A stretch of DNA of 64,000 nucleotides from an uncultured Actinomycetes bacterium (GTDB lineage Bacteria; Actinomycetota; Actinomycetes; S36-B12; UBA10799). Made by a program: the position numbers and the translations under genes. The stretch spans positions 517,697 through 581,696 of the forward strand of contig CAWGCB010000006.1 of NCBI GenBank assembly GCA_963821045.1, written 5' to 3'. Positions 41,220-51,973 of this stretch are shown piece after piece (position 1 is the stretch's first letter; every line of letters starts with the position of its first letter). Below the pieces are notes generated by a model, which was not told where the DNA came from, did not search any database, and saw only the letters and a list, made by a program, of their open reading frames with translations.

Positions 41220-43894
41220 CTAACTCGCTTCGCGCATGGCTGCTTCGGAGGCGAGTTCGTCGGCCTGTTGTAGGACAACTGCGCATCTGATGATTCCCAG
41301 ATGAGAGTAGGCCTGCGGATGGTTCCCCAATCCGTGTCCAGTTCCGGGGTTGTGCATCTCAGGTAGCAGCCCCGTGACCCCAGCGCAGGCCAGCAGTTGT
41401 TCGTAGAGGTTGTGTGCCTCATCCAACATTCCAGCTGCTGCATAGGCCTCGATCAGCCACGAGGTGCAGATGTGCATCCCGCCCTCGGTGCCGGGCAGCC
41501 CGTCATCGTGACGGTAGCGGTACACCGTTGGGCCGTCGCGCAACGATTCCTCCACGGCATGAATCGTGGCGACCGCCCGCGGGTCGGTTCCTTCGATCAT
41601 GCCCGAGGTGATCACGGCCAGCACAGCCGCATCGACGTCTTGTCGCCCGTAGGCAGACACGAAGGAGTTGATCTCGGCATCCCAGCCGTTCTCGAAGACA
41701 TCGTTCTTGATCTCCTCCCGCAACGCCTCCCACTGCGGCTCCGCGAGTCCGGCGAGTGCACTGACCTTGATCGCTTGATCGACGGCGAACCAGCACATCA
41801 CTCTGGAGTGGACGTGAAAGCGGGGAGTGTCACGGATCTCCCAAATACCGTGGTCAGCCTCTCGCCATCGTCGAGCGACGGCCTCAATGCAGGAACGCAC
41901 GGTCAACAGATCAATTCCCGTCACATGTCCGCGCGCAGCGGCGGTGTCGGCGACCATGGCGCAGATAGGCCCGAACACGTCGAGTTGCACCTGACCTTGT
42001 GCAGCGTTGCCGATGCGCACTGGTCGGCTCCCGGCGTAGCCAGGCAGGGTGTCAACCACGGCTTCAGGTCCGAGGATGTACCCCTCCAAGCTGTAGAGCG
42101 GATGGACCCAGTCAGGGCCGCCAGCAGCCTCCATCACGTTCTCGAGCCAGGCCATGAACGCGTCAGCCTCAGCCGTGCTGCCAAGTATCGACAAAGCGCC
42201 GACTGTCATCGCGGCGTCCCGCAACCAGCAGTACCGGTAGTCCCAGTTCCGGATTCCGCCGACCCACTCCGGCAGGCTCGTCGTAGCGGCAGCTAGCGCA
42301 GCGCCGGTTGGCTCGTGACATAGACCCTTCAGCGTTAGCGCGGAGCGACTGACTGCTGCCGCGTGTTTGTCGGGCATCTCTAGCTTCTCGGCGAACTGGC
42401 GCCAATGGTCGTGCGTGCGCATTCTGCGAACAAGTTCGGGCAGCGGGTCATCGCGCATGTCATCCGTGCCCGCGCGCAACTCCAAGACGACATCGCCACG
42501 GGACGGATCGATCACTGCCGCAGCGCTGGGGTGGGGTCCGACGTGGGTAATCGTCCACTTCAGATTCGGCGCTACCAAGACAAGAGAGTCCGACGAGCCA
42601 GTCACTCGGATTCCTTGGGCGTTGGCTCGCAGGCCCGCAGGCACTGCCCCAAACTGTGGCCTCGGGGCAAAGGTGATCTTGACCGGTGTCCGTCCGGAAA
42701 CCACTCGGATCAGGCGCAACTCAGCCTCGTGCTCGGGACTGGAACGGTACGTGGTGTCCAGGTAGTCGGTAACAGTGACGCCCGCCCACTTGGTGACCAC
42801 AGTCATCGACGAGTCGAGGTACTTCTGGCTCAATGGACGGCCTCCGCGCACCGGCGCAACCGACAGGTGGCCCGCCTCCTCATCACCGAGTAGCCCAGCC
42901 AGAATCGCGGGCGCATCCGGTCGTGGATGGCACAGCCAGTTGATACTGCCGTTTGGGGTGAGCAGCGCCACGTCGGTGCCGTCCGCCAGCAACGCGTGGT
43001 CCTCGATCGGTACCGCGTTCGCTCCGGCCAACCAGGCTTCCCGCTCCTCACCCAGGATCGCTAGGACCTCGAGCACATCCTCAGGTGTGGTGATTCGATA
43101 CCGAGCGGCGGTTGGGCCCGGACCGACCTTCACCGTCACATTGTTCTCGCCAGTGAGCCGGTTGAACACGTATTCATCCGTGACGTCGTCCCCGATGAAG
43201 ATCACTGCGGTGGCTTCCCCCTCATGACGCAGTCGTTCCATCGCTGATCCCTTGTCAGCGTGGACGACGGACATCTCCAGGACCTCTTTGCCTGCCGTGG
43301 TCTTGACCGACTCGTCCTCGTCAAACATCTCGTGCAACGCAGTCAGCACGCGCGCGCATCGGCGCGATCCGCGTTGCGCACGTGCACCGCCACCCCGGAC
43401 GGTTTCGGCTCCAAGTGCGTGCCCTGCACTCCACTGGTTGCGTCTACGCACTGTTCTCTTAGCCGCTCAAGACGAGCCAGGGCCGCCGGAGTCAGATTGG
43501 CCATCGAATCCAGTTCGAACTCTGCACCGTGGCTGCCAACGAGGCGGATTTCAACAGGTAGACGTGACATCGCAGCGAGGTCTCGAAGTGCCCTGCCCGA
43601 TACCACGGCTACGTCGGTGGCTTGCAGGCTCGCGAGTTGGCGAAGTACGGCCACGGCCTCGGGTAGTGGTCGGGCATGGGCGGGATTCGAGACGATGGGT
43701 GCGAGCGTCCCGTCATAGTCGCAGCCGACGAGCAGTGTCGCTGTCCGCGCGATCTGACGTAGAGCGAGTCGCAAACCAGGATCAATTCGCGAGGCATCGT
43801 GCGATCCACCGTCGGCAGTCGAGGCGCCCACGGTGTAGGTCATCGCATCGCCAGCGTGGCGTTGGGGCGGATGGGGATCTTGTACCTCGGTCAT
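41220..43894 (-). pseudogene. otsB: trehalose-6-phosphate phosphatase (OtsB, HAD) fused to glycoside hydrolase family 15 (glucoamylase/trehalase-like); one frameshift inside the OtsB part
   Basis: ORF 43343..43894 has the HAD motif I (VGCDYDGTLAPIV). ORF 41220..43451 continues with the OtsB C-half (KGSAMERL ... IFIGDDVTDE) and runs without a stop into GH15 blocks (NWDYRYCWLRDAAMT, GLLPEMHNPGTG). The frame break is at the GCGCGCGCG run, about 43352-43365. Confidence 0.8.
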
Positions 43895-43941
43895 TGCGTC
43901 ACCTCAGAGATGTGTCACCTGACTTCACGAACTGGCCGGAA

Positions 43942-44016
43942 GGAACCCGGTCAAACAGAAATCGGTCAGAAAGGAATCGTTCAGGCAGGAATCGGTCAGG
44001 TGTGGGAGTCGGTGTG
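43942..44016. repeat. about 5 imperfect tandem copies of a 14-15-nt unit (consensus nnGGAATCGGTCAG) spanning the otsA 3' end and the otsA-otsB spacer
   Basis: Read directly: ggaacccggtcaa / cagaaatcggtcag / aaaggaatcgttcag / gcaggaatcggtcag / gtgtgggagtcggtgtg. Confidence 0.6.
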
Positions 44017-45441
44017 TTCCGGTGCGGTTAGTTGGTCGATGAACTCACTTGCCCAGCGCTGTACGTCGTGCTCGATGAGATGCGAGCGCATTGCCCGCAT
44101 TCGGCGCTGGCGCTCCTCAAGGCTAGCGGTTGCGGCCGCGACGATCGCCTCCTTTACCCCATCCATGTCATAGGGGTTAACCAACCAGGACTGTGGCATC
44201 TCGCGAGCAGCGCCGGTGAACTCGCTCAAAACGAGCGCGCCGTCGTTATCGATACGTGAGGCCACGTACTCCTTGGCGACGAGGTTCATTCCGTCACGCA
44301 ATGGTGTGACGAGCATGATGTCGGCAGCTTGATAGAGCGCCATCAACTCCTCGATCGGGAGTGAGTTGCGAACGTAGTGGATGGCCGGGGCTCCGATCTG
44401 ACCGAGCGAGCCGTTGGCATGTCCGACGATTAGCTCGACGTCGTCCCTGATCCGTTGATACTCGTCGACATTCTCGCGGCTTGGGGTGGCAACCTGCACG
44501 AGCACGGTGTCCGCTGGATCTAGTCGTTTCTCTTCCAGTAGTTCGGTGAACGCACGGAGGCGTACGTCGATGCCTTTGGTGTAGTCCAGGCGGTCCACAC
44601 CCAACAGAATCGTTCGTGGATTGCCAAGGTCATCACGCAGTTGTTTTGCCCGCGCGGCAGTCTCCGGTGAGCGAGCTAGGGAGTCAAGCCGCTCCACATC
44701 GACTGACACAGCGAAGGCACCAACTCGGGATTCACGTCGTCCGCCATGAGCGCCCGGAACCTCAACGACGTTGCCCTTGGCCGGCCATCCGAGCAGTCGC
44801 TCGGTTACTGCCAGGAAGTTGCGCGCCCCGCCTGTCGTTTGGAAGCCCACGAGGTCGGCGCCCAGGATTCCCAGCACGATGGCGCGGCGCCACGGGAGTT
44901 GCAGGAACAAGTCCGGCGCGGGGAATGGGATGTGCAAGAAGAAGCCGATGCGCAGGTCAGGTCGCAGGGAACGCAACATCGCCGGAACCAACTGCAGTTG
45001 GTAGTCATGCACCCAGACAGTTGCGCCAGGAGCCGCAGCACGAGCTGCAGCTTGAGCAAACAGCATGTTGACTCGGCGGTAGGCATCAAACTCGTGGCGG
45101 TGATAAACCGGTGTCGCGATAGCGTCGTGATACAGCGGCCAGAGGGCGGAGTTGCTGAAACCGTCGTAGTACAACTCGACGTCTTCTCGCTTCAGGTTGA
45201 CCTCGGAGATGCGGTAGTCGCGGGCCTCGTCAGTCTCTGGAATGGGAGGGAGCTTCTTCTCCCCAGCCCCTTCGTAGTGGCCGTTCCAGCCAATCCACAC
45301 ACCCTGGCGTCCCTTCAGGGATGGCTCGACGGCCGCGACGAGGCCGCCAGGGGAGACATTCCAGGTCACCTGGCCCGTTGGGCTGGTGACCGCCTCGACC
45401 GGCAAGCGGTTCGCAACGATGATCAGTTCGTCATCCGACAC
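43996..45441 (-). CDS. otsA: alpha,alpha-trehalose-phosphate synthase (GT20)
   Basis: [11 protein letters not shown]-terminus, [33 protein letters not shown]. Canonical OtsA blocks. Confidence 0.95.
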   Translation of the reverse strand: MSDDELIIVANRLPVEAVTSPTGQVTWNVSPGGLVAAVEPSLKGRQGVWIGWNGHYEGAGEKKLPPIPETDEARDYRISEVNLKREDVELYYDGFSNSALWPLYHDAIATPVYHRHEFDAYRRVNMLFAQAAARAAAPGATVWVHDYQLQLVPAMLRSLRPDLRIGFFLHIPFPAPDLFLQLPWRRAIVLGILGADLVGFQTTGGARNFLAVTERLLGWPAKGNVVEVPGAHGGRRESRVGAFAVSVDVERLDSLARSPETAARAKQLRDDLGNPRTILLGVDRLDYTKGIDVRLRAFTELLEEKRLDPADTVLVQVATPSRENVDEYQRIRDDVELIVGHANGSLGQIGAPAIHYVRNSLPIEELMALYQAADIMLVTPLRDGMNLVAKEYVASRIDNDGALVLSEFTGAAREMPQSWLVNPYDMDGVKEAIVAAATASLEERQRRMRAMRSHLIEHDVQRWASEFIDQLTAPEHTDSHT

Positions 45442-45499
45442 ACTTACAAACTACCGCGATGGCTGCTGAGCATGCACGCGGCTACGGCAGACTGGGCCT

Positions 45500-46228
45500 A
45501 TGGCGACGTATCGAGAGTCCGGTGTCGTCTTGCGTACTCAGAAGCTCGGCGAATCCGATCGGATCGTGACGGTGCTGACTCGTGGTCGGGGGCGAGTGAG
45601 GATGGTGGCTCGCGGTGTCCGCCGCACATCGAGTCGAATTGGCGGCCGGATGGAGCCGTTTTCGCTCGTCGATATCCAATGCTACGAGGGACGCAGCCTG
45701 GACTCGGTCACCCAAGTTGAGACAATCTCCTCGTTCGGAGCGCGCCTCACCACGGACTATCAACGCTGGACCGCCGGACAAGCGATGCTGGAGACAGCGG
45801 AACGTCTCACCTCTGAGGAGGGCGAACCCGCCGTTCAACAATTCCTGCTGCTCGTTGCAGGTTTGCGCAGCCTCACCAATGAGGAGCATGAGGCCGGTTT
45901 GATCCTGGATTCGTTCCTGCTGCGCTCGCTTTCGGTCGCAGGTTGGGCTCCGACACTGTACGACTGTTCCCGCTGCGGTGATCCCGGACCGCATCGTGCC
46001 TTTCACCCCGGAGTCGGCGGTGCCATCTGCACAAACTGTCGCCAACCTGGCTACTCCGTACCCGCAGAGGGGACGTTGGAACTGATGGGAGCACTGTTGG
46101 AGGGAGAGTGGGCAACTGCCGATGGCAGCACCTCTCGCCAGCGTCGGGACGCAGCTGGACTCACCTCTGCCTACTTGCAGTGGCAACTTGAGCGCAATTT
46201 GCGGTCGTTGCCGTTGGTCGAGCGATAG
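45500..46228 (+). CDS. recO: DNA repair protein RecO
   Basis: OB-fold N-terminus (YRESGVVLRTQKLGESDRIVTVLT) and C4 zinc finger (CSRCG ... CTNC). Confidence 0.9.
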   Translation: MATYRESGVVLRTQKLGESDRIVTVLTRGRGRVRMVARGVRRTSSRIGGRMEPFSLVDIQCYEGRSLDSVTQVETISSFGARLTTDYQRWTAGQAMLETAERLTSEEGEPAVQQFLLLVAGLRSLTNEEHEAGLILDSFLLRSLSVAGWAPTLYDCSRCGDPGPHRAFHPGVGGAICTNCRQPGYSVPAEGTLELMGALLEGEWATADGSTSRQRRDAAGLTSAYLQWQLERNLRSLPLVER

Positions 46229-46265
46229 TGCGACGCGCCGACGCCAAACCTGACAGACTTCACTA

Positions 46266-47084
46266 GTGGCAAAGAAGAATCGCGCGACCCCAACCCCGCC
46301 GCGTGCACCTAGCGAGTACGGGCCAGCGAAGCCGCACCGTGACGGTTTGACCCCACCTCAGTTTCCTACTGATCGCCTCCCTCAGCACATCGCCATCGTC
46401 ATGGATGGCAACGGACGGTGGGCGAATCAGCGAGGTTTGCCGCGAACCCGCGGACATGAGATGGGAGAGGACTCCCTGCTCGACGTTGTGCACGGTGCCC
46501 TAGAACTTGAGATTCCCTGGGTCTCCGCGTACGCCTTCTCGACTGAGAACTGGAAGCGCTCGCCCGAGGAGGTTCGCTTCCTGATGGGCTTCAACCGCGA
46601 CGTCGTGCACCGACGACTCGAGGAGCTCGATGATCTAGGGGTCCGGGTGCGTTGGGCCGGGCGATCCAAGCGCCTGTGGCGAAGTGTGGTCAAGGAACTC
46701 GAAACGGCGGAACAGCGCACGAAGTACAACACTCGGATGAACCTGGTGATGTGCGTCAACTACGGCGGTCGAGCCGAGATCGCCGACGCGGTCGTCACGA
46801 TCAGCAAACTCGTGCGCGAAGGTAAGATCAACCCAGATCGGATCACGGAAGATACGATTGCCCGTTATCTGGACGAGCCGACGATGCCCGACGTAGATCT
46901 CTTTCTGCGCAGCAGCGGTGAGCAGCGGACCAGCAACTTCCTGTTGTGGCAATCTGCGTACGCCGAGATGGTGTTCCTTGAGCAACTCTGGCCAGATTTC
47001 GATCGGCGCGATCTGTGGAAGGCGATCGAGATCTACCTCGCCAGGGAGCGGCGATACGGACAGGCGCAGGGACCGGCGGTGTAG
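46266..47084 (+). CDS. uppS: isoprenyl transferase (undecaprenyl/decaprenyl diphosphate synthase)
   Basis: [25 protein letters not shown] and [14 protein letters not shown] motifs of cis-prenyltransferases. Confidence 0.95.
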   Translation: MAKKNRATPTPPRAPSEYGPAKPHRDGLTPPQFPTDRLPQHIAIVMDGNGRWANQRGLPRTRGHEMGEDSLLDVVHGALELEIPWVSAYAFSTENWKRSPEEVRFLMGFNRDVVHRRLEELDDLGVRVRWAGRSKRLWRSVVKELETAEQRTKYNTRMNLVMCVNYGGRAEIADAVVTISKLVREGKINPDRITEDTIARYLDEPTMPDVDLFLRSSGEQRTSNFLLWQSAYAEMVFLEQLWPDFDRRDLWKAIEIYLARERRYGQAQGPAV

Positions 47085-47086
47085 CC

Positions 47087-47995
47087 GTGGGTCACAGCCA
47101 CACAACGAGCGCTGGGATGGTCAATCGCAAGCGGTTGGCGATCACGTTCTTCCTCGGCCTCTCGATCGTCGCAGTGCAGGCCGTCGGTGCCGCCGTGTCC
47201 GGATCGCTGGCGCTGCTAGCGGACGCGGTCCACACCTTCGCAGACGTCTTTGCGGTGGGGCTGGCTCTAGTGGCCATCACGCTGGCCAACCGACCGACCA
47301 AAGCGCGCCGAACTTTCGGCCTATTCCGACTCGAAATCCTGGCCACTGTCGTCAACGGTCTGCTGCTACTCGGCCTATCAGTTTTCATCCTGTTCGAGGC
47401 CTACGGTCGCTGGTCGACTCCGACGCAGATTGATGCGCCCGTCATGTTGGTCGCTGCAGCTTACGGGCTCGCGGCTAACGCGATCGGCGTGTGGTTGCTA
47501 CACCGTGGTGCCAAGGAGAGCCTCGCAGTTCGTGGCGCATACCTCGAGGTCATGTCTGATGCCCTGGGATCGCTCGGAGTGGTCGGTGCGGCCGTCGTTT
47601 TGCTCACCACGGGGTGGGAGCGCGCCGATGTGCTGGTCTCGGTAGCGATCGCGCTGTTCATCATCCCGCGGGCCCTGTTGTTGCTGCGCGATGCCTTCAA
47701 CATCCTGATGGAGAACGCGCCGACCGGCCTCGATCTAGAGGAGGTGCGTCGCCACATGTGCGAGGTGGAGGGTGTCAGGTTCGTGCATGACCTGCATGCT
47801 TGGACCATTACTAGTGGGATGCCCTCGCTGTCGGCACACGTAGCAGTGGACCCGAATCCATACGAGGATGGTTCCGGTGAGCGAGTCCTCGAGGCACTGA
47901 ACACGTGTTTGGAGGAGTGTTTCGAAATCGGCCACACGACGTTTCAGCTAGAAACCGTGGAGCAAGCGGCGGCCGAGAGTGAGGTTCACCCGTAG
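47087..47995 (+). CDS. cation diffusion facilitator family transporter (Zn/Co/Cd efflux)
   Basis: GHSH N-terminus, SLALLADAVHTFAD (TM2 HxxxD), SDALGSLGV (TM5) and a C-terminal cytoplasmic domain. The GTG at 47087 lies 2 nt after the uppS stop. Confidence 0.9.
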   Translation: MGHSHTTSAGMVNRKRLAITFFLGLSIVAVQAVGAAVSGSLALLADAVHTFADVFAVGLALVAITLANRPTKARRTFGLFRLEILATVVNGLLLLGLSVFILFEAYGRWSTPTQIDAPVMLVAAAYGLAANAIGVWLLHRGAKESLAVRGAYLEVMSDALGSLGVVGAAVVLLTTGWERADVLVSVAIALFIIPRALLLLRDAFNILMENAPTGLDLEEVRRHMCEVEGVRFVHDLHAWTITSGMPSLSAHVAVDPNPYEDGSGERVLEALNTCLEECFEIGHTTFQLETVEQAAAESEVHP

Positions 47996-48033
47996 CTCGC
48001 TCGAGCACTCGGGGTATCCGCGTCGAGTCGACC

Positions 48034-48462
48034 CTACGAGGCGCGGGCCGTGCAGGCGGGGCAAAGGCCGGTGATCTCGATCGTGTGCTGCGGTCTCGTG
48101 AAGCCGTGTTCTTCGGCGATGCGATCTGCCCACCGCTCGACTGTGGGACCGGCTACCTCCACGGTCGTGCCGCACTCGCGACATACGAGATGGTGATGGT
48201 GGCCGTGGGAGCACAGCCGGTATTGCGCCTCACCGTCATCAGTGATGATGACGTCGATATCGCCGTCGGCGGAGAGTGCCTGCAGCGCGCGATAGACGGT
48301 GGTCAGTCCGACATGCTCGCCGCGCTCGCTGAGTAAGGCGTGGATCTGTTGGGCGCTTCGAAACTCGTCGATTGTCTCAAGCGCGCTGACCACTGCGGTT
48401 CGTTGTTTCGTAGTTCGCCGGGCAGGAGGAGTCGCGGCGGAGGAACTCTGTGCGTCGGCCAC
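48034..48462 (-). CDS. zur: Fur family zinc uptake regulator (Zur/FurB-like)
   Basis: TKQRTAVVSALETIDEFRSAQQIH ... GLTTVYRALQ ... HHHHLVCRECGTTVEV ... CPAC closely parallels mycobacterial Zur as I recall it. Conserved position between uppS and glyS. Confidence 0.8.
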   Translation of the reverse strand: MADAQSSSAATPPARRTTKQRTAVVSALETIDEFRSAQQIHALLSERGEHVGLTTVYRALQALSADGDIDVIITDDGEAQYRLCSHGHHHHLVCRECGTTVEVAGPTVERWADRIAEEHGFTRPQHTIEITGLCPACTARAS

Positions 48463-48466
48463 GGGG

Positions 48467-48871
48467 TTATCCGTACCCAGCCATCCGCCAGAACGCAGCG
48501 AATGTCACTAGTAGCACAACGAGTAGCCTGATCAGCTTCGACGAGGTGATCAGCGCCGGCCACGACAAGGCGAGCAGCCACGTCAGGAATGCTGCGACGA
48601 CTAACAAGAGCACCCCGGCCCATTGATTCGGGATAAGCAATCCGGCCAGCAGTAGCAGTCCCATGACCAGCGGCAGCACGAACCGTGGGAGGCGCTTGAG
48701 CGCGTGTAGAGGTCGAATGCTGACGCGCTCAAGCTTCAGACGAGCGGGAGACTTGGCCTGGCTCGGAATCCGTTGGGCGTGTGGACCGAGTGGTCGACTT
48801 CCGTTTTGGCGACCGCCGGATGATCGGCCTGGTCCGGTTGAAGGTTTGGGCATACCTCCATGGTCGCCCAC
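48467..48871 (-). CDS. hypothetical membrane protein, co-oriented with zur (4-nt gap)
   Basis: Basic Ser/Gly/Pro-rich N-terminus followed by 3 hydrophobic helices. No recognised motif. Confidence 0.5.
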   Translation of the reverse strand: MGDHGGMPKPSTGPGRSSGGRQNGSRPLGPHAQRIPSQAKSPARLKLERVSIRPLHALKRLPRFVLPLVMGLLLLAGLLIPNQWAGVLLLVVAAFLTWLLALSWPALITSSKLIRLLVVLLVTFAAFWRMAGYG

Positions 48872-48905
48872 CGTCCGATAGCGTGCACACAGGAGGTCAG
48901 AATTC

Positions 48906-49250
48906 GTGCAGGTAATGTTGCGATATCGCGTTGAATCCGATCAGATCGAGCAGTTTCTGGTCGATGCTCGGTTGGCTCTAGCGACACTGGCCACCCGACC
49001 CGGGTTCCTGCGAGGTTCCATCGGTCAAGCCATTGATGAGGCTGGCCTCATGCTGGTGTCCGTGGAGTTCGATGAGGTCGGCAACTACCGGAGAGCGCTT
49101 TCTGCTTACGAGGTGAAGCTACACGCGGTGCCGCTTCTCTCTCGGGCCATCGACGAACCGTCAGCTTTCGAGGTGCTGCACGTTCGCGCCGAGGGCCATT
49201 GCACAGATCGACCGTCATCGCTGGCGCCAGATGGGCCGAGATTCTCGTAA
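48906..49250 (+). CDS. small ABM-like (dimeric alpha/beta barrel) protein
   Basis: About 100-aa pattern (RPGFLRGSIGQAIDE..LMLVSVEFDEVGNYRRAL) resembling antibiotic-biosynthesis-monooxygenase-fold proteins. Weak call. Confidence 0.45.
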   Translation: MQVMLRYRVESDQIEQFLVDARLALATLATRPGFLRGSIGQAIDEAGLMLVSVEFDEVGNYRRALSAYEVKLHAVPLLSRAIDEPSAFEVLHVRAEGHCTDRPSSLAPDGPRFS

Positions 49251-49316
49251 CTCATGTGAGCATGGAACACTTACGGAGGTTTTCCGCAAGCGTCAATCAC
49301 ATCATCTGGAGTTCAC

Positions 49317-50693
49317 GTGGCCGACCGCGTCGATGCGATCGTCAGTCTTTGTAAGCGCCGTGGGTTTGTCTTCCCGTCCTCGGAGATCTATGGGGGGACT
49401 CGTTCTGCCTGGGATTACGGCCCCCTCGGTGTCGAACTCAAGGAGAACATTCGCCGACAGTGGTGGGCGGCGGTAGTGCGCCAACGCGACGACATCGTGG
49501 GCATTGACTCATCGGTGATTTTGGCCACGGATGTGTGGGAAGCGTCCGGCCACATGGAAGCGTTCGTTGACCCGCTCATTGAGTGCACGTCGTGTCACAA
49601 GCGGTTCCGCGAGGACCACCTGCTTGAGGCCTACGAGGAGAGGAAGGGTCGCGGCCAGCCAACGGTATGGCCGACATCGCTTGCCCGAACTGCGGCTCCA
49701 AGAACACCTGGACCGAGCCGCGGATGTTCAATGGACTGCTGAGCACTCACCTTGGTCCGGTCGAGGACGACAACTCGAAGCACTTTCTGCGCCCGGAGAC
49801 TGCCCAAGGAATCTTCGTCAACTACCACAACGTTGCTCGTCGGCGCGCAAGAAGCCGCCGTTCGGAATCGCTCAAACGGGCAAGAGTTTCCGAAACGAGA
49901 TCACTCCCGGCAACTTCATCTTCCGCACGCGGGAGTTTGAGCAGATGGAGATGGAGTTCTTCGTTAAGCCTGGTAAGGACGAGAGTGGCACGACTACTGG
50001 CTGACCCAGCGCTGGGATTGGTACGTCGATCTAGGACATCAATCCCGATAATATGCGCCTATTTGAGCACCCACAGGAGAAGCTGTCGCACTACTCCAAG
50101 CGAACAGTCGACATCGAGTACCGATTCGAGTTTGGTGGCTCCGAGTTCGGTGAGCTTGAGGGCATCGCGAACCGGACGGACTTTGACTTGTCAGACCCAC
50201 AGCAAACACTCTGGTACGGACCTGTCGTACTTCGACCAAGAGGCGGGCGAGCGCTGGACGCCGTACGTCATTGAACCGGCAGCCGGGTTGACGCGCGCCG
50301 TGCTGGCGTTCCTGCTCAACGCCTACGACGAGGACGAGGCCCCCAACACCAAGGGCGGAGTCGACAAGCGGACGGTGCTGCGCTTCGACCCGCGATCTGG
50401 CGCCAGTCAAGGCGGCCGTCCTGCCGCTGTCGCCACGCCGAACTGTCTCCGAAAGCCAAGCGACTTGGCTGCGCTCTTCGCAAGCGATGGAACGTGGACT
50501 TCGACGATGCCGGCGCGATCGGTCGCCGATACCGCCGCAAGACGAAATCGGAACCCCCTACTGCATCACGGTGGATTTCGACTCCCTCGACGACGACGCC
50601 GTCACGATCCGCGAGCGCGATTCCATGGCTCAGGAACGAATCGGGCTAGATTCGGTCGAAGGGTGGCTGCTCGAGCGGCTACCTCCCTGCTGA
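49317..50693 (+). pseudogene. glyS: glycine--tRNA ligase (dimeric GlyQS type), fragmented by many frameshifts
   Basis: GlyRS blocks occur in order across all three frames: [32 protein letters not shown] | [37 protein letters not shown] | [36 protein letters not shown] | [25 protein letters not shown] | [34 protein letters not shown] | [28 protein letters not shown]. Span is 459 codons. Confidence 0.9.
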
Positions 50694-50703
50694 CGGATCG
50701 CGT

Positions 50704-51867
50704 GTGACATCGCTAAACGCGGGGGAACTCGTCCTCGACCCGCCCGTGGTGCTCGCGCCGATGGCGGGCATCACCAACCGTGCGTTCCGACGGCTTTGCC
50801 GGGAATCTGGCGCGGGTTTGTATGTCTCCGAGATGATCACATCGAGGGCCCTAGTCGAGCGCAACGAGAACACGATGGTGATGGCTTCGTTCGAGCCCGA
50901 CGAGTTCCCTCGCAGTGTGCAGCTCTACGGGGTTGACCCCGATACGGTCGCGGCCGCCGTGAGGATCCTGGTTGCAGAGGACAGGGCAGACCACATCGAC
51001 CTCAATATGGGATGTCCCGTCGCGAAGGTGACTCGCAAAGGTGGGGGAGCAGCCCTGCCGTGGAAGAAGGATCTGTTCGCGGCAATCGTCAGTGCGGCTG
51101 TGCAGACGGCTCGCGATGAGGCCCGCAAGCGTAGCGTGGCGCCCCCACCGGTAACGGTGAAGATGCGCAAAGGGATCGACGACGACCACCTGACCTACCT
51201 CGACGCGGGCCAGATCGCCGCGGACGCAGGCGTAGCGTGGGTCGCCCTGCACGCTCGAACCGCCGCCCAGTTGTACGGCGGCGAGGCCGACTGGCCAGCG
51301 ATCAACCGACTCGTGGAGCACTTGGAGCCGACCGGGGTCCCGGTGTTGGGTAACGGTGACATCTGGACGGGCAGTGACGCCGTCGCGATGATGGAACAGA
51401 CTGGCTGTGCCGGGGTAGTTGTCGGGCGAGGCTGTCTGGGCCGACCGTGGCTGTTCGGGCAGCTTTCCGATGCGATGGCTGGTCGACCGATAGCGCCGGA
51501 ACCAGATCTAGGTGGCGTCCTAGCCGTGATGCGACGCCACGCCGAACTCCTCACCGATTTGTACGGCGAGGACAAAGGGTGTCGAGACTTCCGCAAACAT
51601 GTCGCGTGGTACCTCAAAGGCTTTGCCGTGGGCTCGGAGCTTCGTCGAGGACTCGGGTTGACCAGCACCTTGTCCGAACTCGACGCACTGATCGCTAAGA
51701 TCGATAGCGACCAGGCGTACTCACCAGATGCTGCGACCAGACCGCGGGGCCGGACGACCGGCCAGCGCAAGGTCGCATTGCCGGATGGTTGGTTGGCCAG
51801 TGACCGCATTCGGCCAGAGGAGACCCAGACGCTGCGCGAGGCTGAGCTCTCAGTCTCCGGAGGCTAG
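50704..51867 (+). CDS. dus: tRNA dihydrouridine synthase
   Basis: VVLAPMAGITNRAFR, DLNMGCPV and LHARTAAQLYGGEADW blocks. Confidence 0.9.
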   Translation: MTSLNAGELVLDPPVVLAPMAGITNRAFRRLCRESGAGLYVSEMITSRALVERNENTMVMASFEPDEFPRSVQLYGVDPDTVAAAVRILVAEDRADHIDLNMGCPVAKVTRKGGGAALPWKKDLFAAIVSAAVQTARDEARKRSVAPPPVTVKMRKGIDDDHLTYLDAGQIAADAGVAWVALHARTAAQLYGGEADWPAINRLVEHLEPTGVPVLGNGDIWTGSDAVAMMEQTGCAGVVVGRGCLGRPWLFGQLSDAMAGRPIAPEPDLGGVLAVMRRHAELLTDLYGEDKGCRDFRKHVAWYLKGFAVGSELRRGLGLTSTLSELDALIAKIDSDQAYSPDAATRPRGRTTGQRKVALPDGWLASDRIRPEETQTLREAELSVSGG

Positions 51868-51973
51868 TCGCGAGGCGCCCAGATCGGCGCCTCGTCCCCC
51901 ATCGCCACGATTGTCGGCGTTTGAGTGGGGAAAAGTGACCGCGATTTGGTCGACGTACTGACAGAATAGGTCG

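Noticed and set aside
44746-46186. 324-aa + strand ORF over otsA and 234-aa minus-strand ORF over recO.
   Set aside because: Both are antisense to genes with unambiguous family motifs. Their composition (Arg/Ser/Pro-rich) is typical of out-of-frame GC-rich translation.
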